A stretch of 38,178 nt of DNA. Origin: a virus. Its lineage: Duplodnaviria > Caudoviricetes. Of this stretch, positions 1 through 11,300 are shown piece by piece (the stretch's first letter is position 1; every line of letters begins with the position of its first letter). Position numbers and translations under genes: made by a program. The notes beneath the pieces are model-generated. The model searched no databases and was not told the DNA's origin. It saw nothing but the letters and a program-made list of their open reading frames with translations. The stretch is from IMG/VR virus record IMGVR_UViG_3300044621_000538, positions 1-38,178 of that record, one strand, 5' to 3'.

Positions 1-2
1 TG

Positions 3-146
3 TACCTGTGGAACCATCCCACCCTGATCACCAACATTGACGATGTCGTCAAGTACAGCAGCCTGATTTTCTCCAGCGACGAGATGGCGATGCTGGGCGG
101 GATCATTGGGTTCTGGTTTGGTAGCCGCCAGTGGAGCAAGAAATGA
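3..146 (+). CDS. holin-like membrane protein, 3' end only (partial)
   Basis: Manual translation of frame 3 gives ...EMAMLGGIIGFWFGSRQWSKK*. It has a hydrophobic helix, a GFWFGSR motif and a basic tail, and lies just upstream of the endolysin. Not in the ORF track. Confidence 0.6.
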   Translation, partial: YLWNHPTLITNIDDVVKYSSLIFSSDEMAMLGGIIGFWFGSRQWSKK

Positions 147-313
147 TTTTGTCTCAAGGAAAACTGGCAGATGGGTTGGTTGATGAGTTGCTTGAGGCCA
201 TCCACAAATATGACGAGTCGCTGTACATGGCGACTGTAATCGGTGTGCTGGAGCTTGTTAAGCAGCAGTTGATCCAAGAAAGTCTTGACAGAGAAGACGA
301 TGAAGCTGTCTAA
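143..313 (+). CDS. small hypothetical protein
   Basis: ATG at 143 overlaps the previous TGA (ATGA coupling); helical, acidic C-terminus. Confidence 0.65.
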   Translation: MILSQGKLADGLVDELLEAIHKYDESLYMATVIGVLELVKQQLIQESLDREDDEAV

Positions 314-815
314 AGCAGGTGAAGACCTGATGCACAGGTACGAGGGGTGCCGCAATCGCCCGTACTTGTGCCCAGCGCACATTTGGACAATCGGGTACGG
401 CCACGTTCTGTATCAAGAGCAGATCAGGCTTCCAATGGTGCGGCCACCGGGAAAGACCAAAGAGGACATCCCGATGATCCGCAGCGAATACCCGCTCAAA
501 CAGGAGGACAACCGTGTCTGGTCAAAACAGGAAATTGATGATCTCTTCGCGGTTGATGTCGCAGATTTTGAACGCGGTGTTCTTCGACTTGTTCCCGGCA
601 GTGTTAGCCGTCAAGGCCGGTTTGACGCTCTGGTCAGTATTTCCTTTAACTTCGGGCTAGGAAATCTCCAGCGCAGCACCATCCGCATGAAGGCCAATCG
701 AGGCGACTGGCCCGGCGCAGCAGAGGCGTTCATGATGTGGACTAAGGGGGGCGGCAAAGAGTTGCCTGGGCTGGTCAAACGCCGCAAAAGCGAGGTTGAA
801 CTTTTCCTGTCCTGA
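300..815 (+). CDS. endolysin, GH24 (T4/P21-type) lysozyme
   Basis: EGCRNRPYLCPAHIWTIGYGH catalytic segment (E-x8-C-x5-T), FDALVSISFNFG and GLVKRRKSE motifs. Confidence 0.92.
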   Translation: MKLSKAGEDLMHRYEGCRNRPYLCPAHIWTIGYGHVLYQEQIRLPMVRPPGKTKEDIPMIRSEYPLKQEDNRVWSKQEIDDLFAVDVADFERGVLRLVPGSVSRQGRFDALVSISFNFGLGNLQRSTIRMKANRGDWPGAAEAFMMWTKGGGKELPGLVKRRKSEVELFLS

Positions 816-821
816 TTTGCA

Positions 822-876
822 TTGAATCAAAAGTGTCTAAGTGGCAAAATACACAGCAAATTGCTGATAAAGGAGG
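822..876 (+). promoter_or_regulatory. putative sigma70 promoter and RBS for the tail operon
   Basis: TTGAAT(822-827)-17 bp-CAAAAT(845-850) with TG extension; small hairpin CAGCAAATTGCTG; AAGGAGG before ATG 883. Confidence 0.45.
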
Positions 877-882
877 CTCTGA

Positions 883-1512
883 ATGGCCGCAGTGATGACA
901 TACAACAGTCTGGTGGCGGACATCGAGTCGTATCTCGAACGCACCGACACGGCGACAATCGACAAAATCCCCACCTTTATCATGCTGGCAGAGCAAATCA
1001 TTGCCAGCCAGATCAAGTTTTTGGGCAACCTGACGGTCAACACCTCGACCATGACTCAGGGCGACCCGGTGATCGCCAAACCGGCGCGTTGGCACAAAAC
1101 GGTCTCGATGAACATCACCGTCGCAGGCAAGCGCCAGCCGGTCTTTCTCCGCAAGTACGAGTATCTGCGTGAATACTGGCCCGACGCAACGCAAGAGGAC
1201 GTTCCGAAGTTCTATTGCGATTACGACTACACGCACTGGCTGATTGCCCCCACCCCTGATGATGCGTATGGGTTTGAGGTGATCTACTACGAGCGCGTCC
1301 AGCCCCTGGATGTTTCCAACCAGACCAACTGGTTCACGCAATACGCGCCCCAGGCGATCTTGTATGGCTCGTTGCTCCAGGCGATGCCCTTCCTGAAAAA
1401 CGACGAGCGCATTCCGATGTGGCAGAGCATCTACCAGCAGGCGATGGACATCCTGACCGCTGAAGACAAGCTGCGGATTGCTGATCGTCAAACGATTGCG
1501 GTGGATTCATGA
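883..1512 (+). CDS. head-tail adaptor / tail tubular protein A-like
   Basis: 209 aa with strong RBS; TYxxL N-terminus, APTPD and YGSLLQA motifs typical of podovirus adaptors; first gene of the tail block. Confidence 0.65.
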   Translation: MAAVMTYNSLVADIESYLERTDTATIDKIPTFIMLAEQIIASQIKFLGNLTVNTSTMTQGDPVIAKPARWHKTVSMNITVAGKRQPVFLRKYEYLREYWPDATQEDVPKFYCDYDYTHWLIAPTPDDAYGFEVIYYERVQPLDVSNQTNWFTQYAPQAILYGSLLQAMPFLKNDERIPMWQSIYQQAMDILTAEDKLRIADRQTIAVDS

Positions 1513-2744
1513 GCTTCATCTCTCCGTTCACTGGCGATGTAATTCAGCCAACAGACGTAAGTTTCCGCCGGTTCACGCTGGCGGCAAACACGACCCTGTC
1601 GTGGCCGATCAACGGCAACGCCACCGGCAACTATGCGGCAAGGATCATGGAAGTCGAGGCCACATCTGCTGGCCTCAGTCTTTTCATGCCGCCTGCAAAT
1701 CAGACCTCTGTCGGTACGGATTCGCTGATCTTCAATTACGGCTCTGAGACCTTCACGGTCAAGGACGCCGATGGCGGCACCATCATTGCGATTGCTGCTG
1801 GGAAAGCCGAATACATCTATGTGACCACCAACCCCGATGCCGCAGGCACCTGGGGCGTGATTGCGTTTGGTGCGGGGTCTTCTGGTGGCAACGCAAGCTC
1901 CCTGGCTGGCTTGGGCTTGATGGCGATCTCTCAGACGCTCAATCAAAGCCACCCAGCGCAGAACATCTCCAACGGCTACAGCTTCGTTCTTGCTGACCGC
2001 GCTCAACTCAAGCTCTGGGATGGGGGTTCTGGAACGGCAACGCTGCCTTTGACCTCAACGGTCAATGACAACTGGTTCATCCTGTTCAAGAACAACGGAA
2101 CCGGAACCTTCACCATCAACACGAGCAGTGGAGAGCAGATCGACAACCAGACCAGCAAGCAGTATCAGCCTGGGGACTCCTCGTTCATCATCTGCAACGG
2201 TTCTGAATACCTGACGGTTGGTTACGGCATCAATGCGAGCTTCGGCTTCAATGTGCTGGTGAAGTCGGTCACTGGTGGGCCTTACGCTCTGACCGCGAGC
2301 GAGGCCGCAAACATTGTGCAGGAGTACGTTGGCAACCTCACCTCCAACGTCACGGTCACATATCCGCCAATCGTTCAGCTTTACATCATCAGCAACCAGA
2401 CGGTTGACAACGGGTTCAGTCTAAGCATTACAACTGGCGGTGTGGGCGCTTCCAACGTCACAGTTCCCCCTGGACAGCAGGTGACTGTGTTCTGCGACGG
2501 CACAAACTTCCTGAACGCCAACACGGTGCAGGTGGGGGCGTCTTTCTTCCAGCTTCTGGACGGCAGTCTTGCGATTCCCTCGGTGTCGTATGTGAACGAG
2601 CCAACCACTGGTATGTACCGTCCAGGCGTTGGACAGAACGGATTTTCAATCCTTGGCGCTCTGGTGATGCTGATCAACAGCGGCGGAATTGAAGTCACCG
2701 GCACCGGAAAGTTCAGCGGCGGCATCTCTGGAGGGACGTTCTGA
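1509..2744 (+). CDS. virion structural protein (tail fibre/appendage-like)
   Basis: 411 aa, Gly/Ser/Thr-rich, beta-type; ends GGISGGTF; coupled to both neighbours. Confidence 0.65.
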   Translation: MSFISPFTGDVIQPTDVSFRRFTLAANTTLSWPINGNATGNYAARIMEVEATSAGLSLFMPPANQTSVGTDSLIFNYGSETFTVKDADGGTIIAIAAGKAEYIYVTTNPDAAGTWGVIAFGAGSSGGNASSLAGLGLMAISQTLNQSHPAQNISNGYSFVLADRAQLKLWDGGSGTATLPLTSTVNDNWFILFKNNGTGTFTINTSSGEQIDNQTSKQYQPGDSSFIICNGSEYLTVGYGINASFGFNVLVKSVTGGPYALTASEAANIVQEYVGNLTSNVTVTYPPIVQLYIISNQTVDNGFSLSITTGGVGASNVTVPPGQQVTVFCDGTNFLNANTVQVGASFFQLLDGSLAIPSVSYVNEPTTGMYRPGVGQNGFSILGALVMLINSGGIEVTGTGKFSGGISGGTF

Positions 2745-4720
2745 TGACAAAGAAGGTCTTTGCCCTTGATACAAAGCCTGGGATTCAGCGCGACGGAACC
2801 GTGTTTGACAAAGAGGTTTACAACGATGGCCGTTGGGTCAGGTTCCAGCGTGGACGTCCGCGCAAGATGTACGGCTACCGCCGCATCATCGACAACTTGG
2901 CTGGCCCTTCTCGCGGAATCTACGTCAACCCGCAGAACGCCTTCAACAACGTCTTCAGCGGCTACAGCGACGGCCTCCAGAGGCTTCCGATTGACAACAA
3001 CGGCGTTGGCTCAAACCTGAGCGACTTCGTTCTGAGCGACTTCACGCCGAGCCAATACAACCTGTGGAAGTTTGACGGATTTTTCGATGTCTCCGGTTCT
3101 GGAGACAGCGTGTTGCTCGCCCACCCAGGCCAGAACTTGGCCCTGATTGACAACACCACAGACACCCCTGTTTTGGCTGGATCGATCACTGGCCTGACGA
3201 TGTCGGCAGTCGGCGTCTTCACCGACACCGCAACCACGACAAACACCAGCGCAACGATTGTCCTGGCCGCTGCAAACCCGTTGATCGGCGCAGGACAGAT
3301 CGTCACCGGGACGGGCATCCCTGCTGATACGGTTGTGGTCTCTGTCAGCACGACCAACGTAGTGATCTCCAACCCGGCCACGGCCAGCGGGACGGTGACC
3401 ATCACGTTTGACAACAACATCAACGTCTCCGGCGGAGTGGTGACGCTTCACCCGTATGTGTTTGTCTTCGGCAACAACGGCTTTTTGAAGAACTGCTCTG
3501 CCGGTAACCTGAACGACTGGGTCTCTGCTGACGCAAACGAGGTCAACGTAGCCACCTCAAAGATCGTACAAGGGCTTCCGGTGCGCGGTGGCTCCAACTC
3601 CCCATCCGGGCTGTTTTGGAGCCTTGACGGCCTTATCCGGGTCTCCTACATCGGTGGTACGGGTACGCCTCCGCAATACTGGCGCTATGACCTGATTTCC
3701 AGCCAGTCTTCCATCCTGTCGAGCCAGTCGGTGATTGAGTATGACGGCGTGTTCTACTGGTGCGGCACTGACCGCTTCCTGTCGTACAACGGTGTTGTGA
3801 AGGAAATCCCGAACAACATGAACCAGAACTACTTTTTTGACAATCTGAACTATGCCCAGCGTCAAAAGGTGTACGCCACGAAGGTGCCTCGATTCGGTGA
3901 AATCTGGTGGTTCTATCCTCGGGGAAGCTCCACCGAGTGCAACGATGCAATTGTCTACAACGTGCGCGAGAACGTCTGGTATGACGCAGGAGAGGCTCTC
4001 GGTTCTCGGCGCTCTGCCGGGTACTTCTCCCAGGTGTTTCGCTTCCCGATCAACGCAGGGTGGGAGATCAACGCTACTGGCGGCGTCAACGCGATCACCG
4101 TCACCCCAGGCAGCGGGTACACGGACGGGACGTACCTTTACACCAGTCTGACGGGCGGGACGGGGTCTGGCGCGGTTGCCACCATCATCGTATCCGGCGG
4201 CGCGGTGACTTCTGTCGAACTGAGCGACCGTGGCACGGGGTACGAGGTTGGAGATACGCTCTCGGCCACCATTCCAGCCGGAGCCGGATTCTCTCTGGAC
4301 GTTGACAGCGTCATGAGCTTTACATCGCTCTGGCAACACGAGTTTGGGGTTGATGCGGTGGAGGGCGTAACGGCCAACGCCATCGAGAGCTACTTTGAGA
4401 CGAATGACCTGGGCTGGGTTTCTGGCGGGCCGTCTCAACCCTCTCCCGTGGGCGAAAACAGGTGGCTGCGCCTTGAGCGCGTGGAGCCTGACTTCATCCA
4501 AGAGGGCGAGATGGAGCTATACGTCACTGGCCGACCATACGCTCAAAGCGATGATCAAACATCGCAAGCGTATACATTCGATCCAAACACAAATAAGATC
4601 GACATGAAAGAGCAGCGCCGCGAGCTTCGGCTGAAATTTGTCAGCAACATCGAGGGTGGCAATTACCAACTTGGTAAGGTGCTGCTCAACGGCGACTTTG
4701 GCGATGTCAGGGGGTATTGA
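2744..4720 (+). CDS. tail nozzle / DNA stabilisation protein (P22 gp10 / tail tubular B-like)
   Basis: 658 aa; N-terminal PGIQRDGT...WVRF; FGEIWWFYP...YNVRENVWY propeller-like segment; position after the adaptor. Confidence 0.7.
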   Translation: MTKKVFALDTKPGIQRDGTVFDKEVYNDGRWVRFQRGRPRKMYGYRRIIDNLAGPSRGIYVNPQNAFNNVFSGYSDGLQRLPIDNNGVGSNLSDFVLSDFTPSQYNLWKFDGFFDVSGSGDSVLLAHPGQNLALIDNTTDTPVLAGSITGLTMSAVGVFTDTATTTNTSATIVLAAANPLIGAGQIVTGTGIPADTVVVSVSTTNVVISNPATASGTVTITFDNNINVSGGVVTLHPYVFVFGNNGFLKNCSAGNLNDWVSADANEVNVATSKIVQGLPVRGGSNSPSGLFWSLDGLIRVSYIGGTGTPPQYWRYDLISSQSSILSSQSVIEYDGVFYWCGTDRFLSYNGVVKEIPNNMNQNYFFDNLNYAQRQKVYATKVPRFGEIWWFYPRGSSTECNDAIVYNVRENVWYDAGEALGSRRSAGYFSQVFRFPINAGWEINATGGVNAITVTPGSGYTDGTYLYTSLTGGTGSGAVATIIVSGGAVTSVELSDRGTGYEVGDTLSATIPAGAGFSLDVDSVMSFTSLWQHEFGVDAVEGVTANAIESYFETNDLGWVSGGPSQPSPVGENRWLRLERVEPDFIQEGEMELYVTGRPYAQSDDQTSQAYTFDPNTNKIDMKEQRRELRLKFVSNIEGGNYQLGKVLLNGDFGDVRGY

Positions 4721-4965
4721 TGTCTCTTGCGGTAATTTATGATCCTCGCGGCCATACGTTTGAATCTTGGGCCAGCCTGATGTGCGAAGCATATGCAGCG
4801 CAGCAGCTTGAAATCCCCAACGAAAGAACAGACTGGCGGCTCTGGGGCGAGGGTCTCAAGGGCATCGACATCTTCGGTGTTGATGGCGTTCCCGCACCGG
4901 GCGCTTTTACCGACTGGCAGCTTTGGGCACAATCCTTGGTCAACGCAGTGAACCAGCAGGTTTGA
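4720..4965 (+). CDS. small hypothetical virion-module protein
   Basis: TGATG overlap with the previous gene; Trp-rich, 81 aa. Confidence 0.7.
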   Translation: MSLAVIYDPRGHTFESWASLMCEAYAAQQLEIPNERTDWRLWGEGLKGIDIFGVDGVPAPGAFTDWQLWAQSLVNAVNQQV

Positions 4966-4966
4966 T

Positions 4967-5383
4967 ATGAAAGATAAATACCAAGTTGATCAAGAGGCCG
5001 TTGTAAAAATTGCGACCAACTATTTTCGCAAGGCAACAAAAAGCGAGGATGAGGCCCAAAAACTGTTGGGTGGTCTTGCTCGCATTTTGCAAGACGAAGG
5101 CGCAAAACTTGTTCACCTTGGAAATGTGCTTTTCCTGATCATGGTTCGTGGTGAGGGCGTGGTTGAAGTCCACACAATTGGCGAAGAATCAAAACCCAGA
5201 GATTTGGCAAAAGATTTTCTCGATCTTTCCAAGTATCTGAGGAACATCGGCGTCAAAACCGCATACACATACTCGGAAGACGAAAAATTCAAGAAGCTGG
5301 CAAAGATGGTTGACCTTCCTGTCAAGCAGTACAAGGCTGATGTGGAAGGCAAAAAACTCAACGTATTCGTGGTGGAGCTGTAA
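4967..5383 (+). CDS. hypothetical protein, possibly degenerate GNAT fold
   Basis: 138-aa ORF just before the ejection genes, where podoviruses often carry an acetyltransferase-like gene. The fold is an inference. Confidence 0.6.
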   Translation: MKDKYQVDQEAVVKIATNYFRKATKSEDEAQKLLGGLARILQDEGAKLVHLGNVLFLIMVRGEGVVEVHTIGEESKPRDLAKDFLDLSKYLRNIGVKTAYTYSEDEKFKKLAKMVDLPVKQYKADVEGKKLNVFVVEL

Positions 5384-8300
5384 ATGCCAGCAGTACCATT
5401 CATTGCCGTTGCTCTTGGCGCGTCTGGTGCGCTTGCCGCTGGAGGGGCGGCAATTGCGTCTGCAATCGGCCTGGGGACTGTCAGCGCAGCGGCGGCTACG
5501 GCAATTGGTGCTGGAGCATTTTCTGCCGCAGCAACAGCCATTCAAGGTGGTGATGCCAGCGACGTTCTGAAATCCGCCGTCTTAGGAGGGGTGACCTCCT
5601 TTGCTGGATCAGCGATAGCCGGATCAATTGGAGAGGCTGTAAGAGCCGACGCCATTTTGAACGGCACAGATGTTGGCATTGCAAATGCAATGGGCAAGGT
5701 GATTGGAGGGGCGGCTGCTGGGGCAGTAAGCTCTGGAACATCTGCGCTTTTGTCCGGCAAAGACCCCATCGAAGCCTTGCTCAAGGGTGGCTTGACCGCC
5801 GCAATGTCCACAGGGATTGGGGTTAGCGTTGATGCGCTTCTAAAGGACGTTCCCGCCCTTGCTGCTCCAGCCAACAACACAGAGGCGGCTATTCAGCGAG
5901 CAATGAAGGCCGCTATTGGAACGGCGATTGTTTCTGGCGGGAATCCAGATGCAATCGGGATGTCCGTGTTGAACTCTTTTGCCTCTACAGCCGGGCAACT
6001 GATTGGCGCACAGTTGAAGGACTCAAGTTCTCAACTGCGAACGGCAAATCAAAGATTCACTGAGGACGAGATTGCTTACAGAGAAAACCTTTCTCAGCAA
6101 GAGAAGCTGGTCAACGATTACAACGCAAAGGTTCAAGACCTCAAGCCCCAATACGACAACATACAAAACCTGATTTCCGAGTATGACCGTCTTGCAGGCG
6201 GCTATAACAACTATGACTCTTACATGAGGAGCCAGGGTTATACGCAGCTTGGCGGAGAACGAGACTATGAAGGAAATGAAGCGCCGACATATTACGCAAA
6301 GCGGGTGTATCAACCTGAGCGTCAAATGTCTGGTTATGACGCGGATGGGTATTTTGTTACATGGACGCAGCCTGCTGGATACGATTGGCAGAAAGCCTCT
6401 TCCTATGAGGATAGGCAGTCTTTATATGATCGCGCCAAGGCTATAGACGCGCAGGCCACCGCTGCCGTAAAAGAATACACCGAAAAATCCAAAGCCCTTG
6501 AGCCAATCAAGCAGCAGCTTGACGCTTTGAAAGCACAAGTTGATCCGCTTGGCAAAAAACTTGTAGATTCAAAAACAAATCTTGAAACAGCGGTTGCTGA
6601 TTTCAATCAAACCGAGGCCAGCAATGCTGCATTGGTGAAGACTCAGCTTGATAATTTCACCGCCGCAAGAGATCAATACAAGGAAGAGTTTGGCGTTGAG
6701 CCAACCGAGGATCAACTCAAAGATTTTGCCAAGACTGGAGACATCCTTGGGACGGTCAGCAAGCTGGTCGCGGACAACAATAACGAGCAGGTTGCAAACG
6801 CTGCTGGGTTTGAAAGCTACGCCGACTACACCGCTGCTGGGAACATCTCTCCCAATGACTATTACGCCAAGCAACAGGGCTGGCAGGATTACGCGCAAAA
6901 GCTCAATGCCGTGGCAAGCGGCTACAACGACCCCAATCAGTGGAACACATACATCAACAACCAGCAGGCCGCGACCAGTGCTGGCTTCTTGAGTTATGAG
7001 GACTATCAATCTGCTGGTGAGACGCCTGCAAACGATTTTTACGCCAAGAAAGACGGATGGGGCAGCTACGCTGAAAAGCAGCAGGCAGAGGATTCTGGAT
7101 TTAGGAACCCCGCCGCTTGGAACACTCACGTTGTTGAGGTTAAGAATCAAGATGCCGCAAAGGCGGCAGGCTTTCCTGACTACGAGACCCAGGTTCGTTT
7201 TGGCAATGACATAAACGAGTACAAGGCCGTCCAAGAGGGATGGCAAAGCCTGGGCGCAAAGCAAGCCGCCGCTGGGTACGAAATCACTTCTCCTGAAAAA
7301 TATCAGGAGTTCATGAGCGGCAAGACCGAAGAGGACAAAGTTGTCCAGATGCTGCAAGAGCGCGGCATCCCCGCGACCCCTGAGCGTGTTGCCGACATCA
7401 TGAAGTCGTGGGATTTCAATCCGACGACCCCCAATGTTGGGTTCAGCGATGCCTTCAACCAGTCCGACAAGCTCAACATCTCCAACTCTCGCGCCGATTC
7501 TGTGCAAGAGGCTGCTGCGCTTGCAAAGTCGCTTGGCTATTCCACATTCAGCTTTGGTGGAGACGAATACAAACTCAACACGGCTGCGCCGACGCAGAAC
7601 CCCTACGATTCCTTTGCGACCTTTGGGGAAGCATTCAAGGCGGCAAGGCAAGACCTTGGTGATGGGCAGGTGTTTCAGTGGACGAACCCACAAACCGGAA
7701 AGACAGGGTACTTCACAACCAACCTTGCTGGCGAAAAAGTCACCGATGGAGGTTTTGATGCCACGGTGACTCAGAGCGCCAAGTCCCGCTTACTTGAAAA
7801 TCTTGGGGACTGGAGGGCAAACCCGGCAGACTTGAACGCCAAAGACATGGCAAAGTTTGTTGACCAATTTGCCAACGCAAGCCCCGCGCAACGAGCCTCC
7901 CTTTTGAATGGCTCGAATTCTTTGACGTTCAAAGTCATCAACGATGCGCTGACAACTCAAAAAGCAGTCATCGACAACACTGAAGAAGCCATCAAATCTG
8001 GCAGGCTTGATTTGTCAAAGCCGATAGAGGGAACCGGCTCCATCAAGGCGTCAGACGTTACAAACTACAAGCAAATTCTGTCCTCTATTGGAACCAGTAT
8101 TGCAACCGACATCACCAGCACAGCCTTGTCCGGCGCAAACATTGTTGGGTCGGCCCTTGGTCTTGATACCAATGGAATTGAAAAAACCCAGAAACTGCTG
8201 TCCACTGACAAAAACAAGCAGATGGACAAGCTGGTTGGCTTGGAAAAGAACGCCGCCGCTGGTTTTGCGTCAGCAATTGAGTCAGCGTTTTCTTTTGCCT

Positions 8301-11300
8301 TGGGTGGCGCTCCTGCGGCTATTGGAGTCTTGACCTCTTTCGCGGCAAACAATGCTTGGCTGGAAGGAAAAGAGGCTGGTCTCTCCAATCAAGACAATGC
8401 CATTCGTACAGCCACAATGGCCGCTATTGAAGCGGCTGGAGAGGCAATTGGAATTCCTGGCCTCAGCAGGCTGATGAAGGGCGTTCCAATGACAGGGAAC
8501 CCAGCCGAAATTGTCAACTCTGTCAAAAATATTTCGTTGGCTATGGGTAATCAACAGATTTCTGAGTTGGCATCAACCGCCGCCTCATTTGCTGTTGACA
8601 AAGTTGCATCGTTTGGCCTGGGCAAAAACGCTACCTATCAAGACTTTGCGGACGCCCTTAAAGACACCGTGTTGACAACAGCGTTTGCCGTAGGCGGAAC
8701 TGGAACGATTGGTCAGGCATCTCGCGCACTGCAATCTGCAAGCACGGAGCCAACAACGCAACTTTGGTCTCAGAATCTTCCAGATGAAATTTGGAATCGC
8801 ATCAAAGATGCGGGCGTCAGTCAGTCTGAGGTTGACTCTCTGAAATCAAATTTGCGCGAATCTTTTGGCTCTGAAAATTACAACGTCCAAAAGATTCAAG
8901 AAAATTTTGAAAATAAGCTGAAGGAAGCCGGTTTCACAGATCAGGAAATTTCGCGTATTGCTGAACCTGCCGCCGTGGATGTTATTGCTGATCAGGCCAA
9001 AGCATCTTTAGAAAAAGCGGGGGTTCCCAAAGACTACGTTGATATGCTGGGAGACCTGAGCGCCAAAGAGATTTACAGCAATCGGGACTTGCCGTCTGCG
9101 TTCAACAATCTAGCTACCGTCTTCCAGGCTTACGGCTTCGACCCAATCCAGGCAAACCTGATCACCAATCAGACCTTGACCGGCACCGATGTCAAGCAGG
9201 TTGTCACTGATCAACTGAAGGCTCAGGGATACACGCCCACCCAGGCTGAGATTGACAACCTTGTCTCTCAGAATGCCGCTGCTTTGCCCGCCGCAATCAC
9301 CTCTTCTGTGTCTGACTACACCGGCCCGCGCACGGTGACCAAGGATGAGGCAAAGGCGTCCCTTGTTGCTGCTGGCATTGCCAACCCGACAGAGGCTCAG
9401 GTCAACGCCCTCGTAGGCCAGTACGATCAAAACCTTTTGCAGTCCAAAGCGAACTCCACCGCTGGAGACATCTCGACGCAATTGTCCAGCGCGGAGAAGG
9501 CATCGTTTGATCGTGATGCGGCACTGAGCAAAACCCTGAACGACATCTCCGCTCAGGTGACGGCAAATCAGAACGCCGGGATGAACTCGGATCAGGCGCT
9601 GCAAAACGCCATCACGCAAGTCGCCACAAACCTTGGCACGACCAAGGAAGATTTACTCAAGCAGGTCGGCCAGACCGAACAGGGTCTCAAAGACCAGATC
9701 GCTGGCCTGCAACAGAAAACCTCTCAGGACATCGCTGGTGTGCAGACCCAGCTTGGTGTTGTGGAGTCAACCCTGGCTCAAAAGATTGCCGACAACGAAG
9801 CCTCCGGCATGGCCCGCGATCAGGCCATCGAGAAGGCTGTCAGCGAAGTTGCTCAGAGCGTGGGCCAGAGCAAGACTGACTTGCTGGCGCTGATCGGACA
9901 AACGCAAGAGAACCTGACCCAGCAATACGCCTCTGGTCAGTTGCAGCTTGAGGGCAAGCTGTCCACCCTTGATGCTGCATCTCAGCAGCGTTATCAGGCG
10001 CTGTCTGAAGACCAGAAGCTGCAAGCGGCTCAAATGGCGCAGCAGGGCAAAGACCTGACTCAAGCCATCAACGATGTGTCTGTGGCCTCTCAGCAGCAGA
10101 TCACTGGCGTTGAGAGCAAGCTGTCTGCGGCCATCGAGGCGGCAAAGCAGTCTGGCCTCCAGGGCGATGCCGCGCTGCAATCTGCAATCAACACGGTTGC
10201 TGGCGACCTGGGCACCACGAAAGAGGCTCTGCTGGCCCAAATCGGGACTACTGAGGCTGGGCTGCGTCAAGAGTTCGCCACCCAGATCGGTGGCGTACAG
10301 ACCCAGATTGGCGATGTCAAATCCAGCCTTGAGCAAGCCATCAAAGATGCCCAGGCGTCTGGCCTGCAAGGCGATCAGGCACTGCAATCGGCTATCGACA
10401 GCGTGGCCTCCAACCTTGGCACCACCAAGGAAGCTCTATTGACTCAGATTGGCTCCAGCGAGAGCCAACTGCGCTCGGAGATGCAGGCCGGTCAAGCTCT
10501 AACCTCCTCGCAGATTGCTGGCCTGGAGTCTCAATTGACCGAGCAGGGCCGCTCTCTGGTGGCCGAACTCCAGCAGCAGGGCGTGAGCTACCAGCAGGCT
10601 TTGTCCGACGCGATTGCGGCTCAAAACGCTCAGATCACCGCTGGTCAAGAACAAACCGCGCAGCAGATTGCGGGTGTCAAGGATTCCCTGACCGCTCAGA
10701 TCACTGCAAACGAGGCCGCAGGCTTGAGCCGGGACGAGGCAACAACAAAAGCCATCAACGATCTGTCCACCCAGATGGGCGTGGACAAGGATTCGCTGCT
10801 CACCCAACTTGGGACTACAGAACAGGCTCTGCGAAACGAGTTGCAGTCCGGCCTGGAGGGCGTCACAAAGACGTTCCAAGACCAATACAACGCACTGAGC
10901 GCCACTCAGAAGGCTCAATTCGACGCAATGGTCGAGCAGGGAGCCAGCACTCAAGCCGCGCTCGCCCAGGTTCAAGCCGGTTTGCAGGAGCAGATCACCT
11001 CGGGCCAGCAACAGACTGCCGAGCAAATTGCTGCGCTCAACCAGAGCCTGTCAGATCGCATCGCCGCCAACGAGGCATCTGGTCTCACGCGAGATCAAGC
11101 CATCAACAAGGCCGTTCAGGACGTTGCAGCAAGCGTTGGAACAACCAAAGAATCCCTGCTGGCTCAGATCGGCCAGACCGAGGCTGGTCTCCAGCAGCAG
11201 TTCGCGGCTGGTCAGGCTCAAACCCAGGCTCAGATCGCACAGTTGGATGCCGCAACGCAAGAGAAGTTTGCTCAGATGACCGAGGCCCAAAAGGCCCAGG

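Noticed and set aside
5381-5386. In-frame TAA-ATG junction suggesting read-through fusion or stop-codon recoding
   Set aside because: TAA terminates many genes normally, ORFs are intact in the standard code, and the UUA element is unlikely to decode. Adjacent stop-start is ordinary tight packing.
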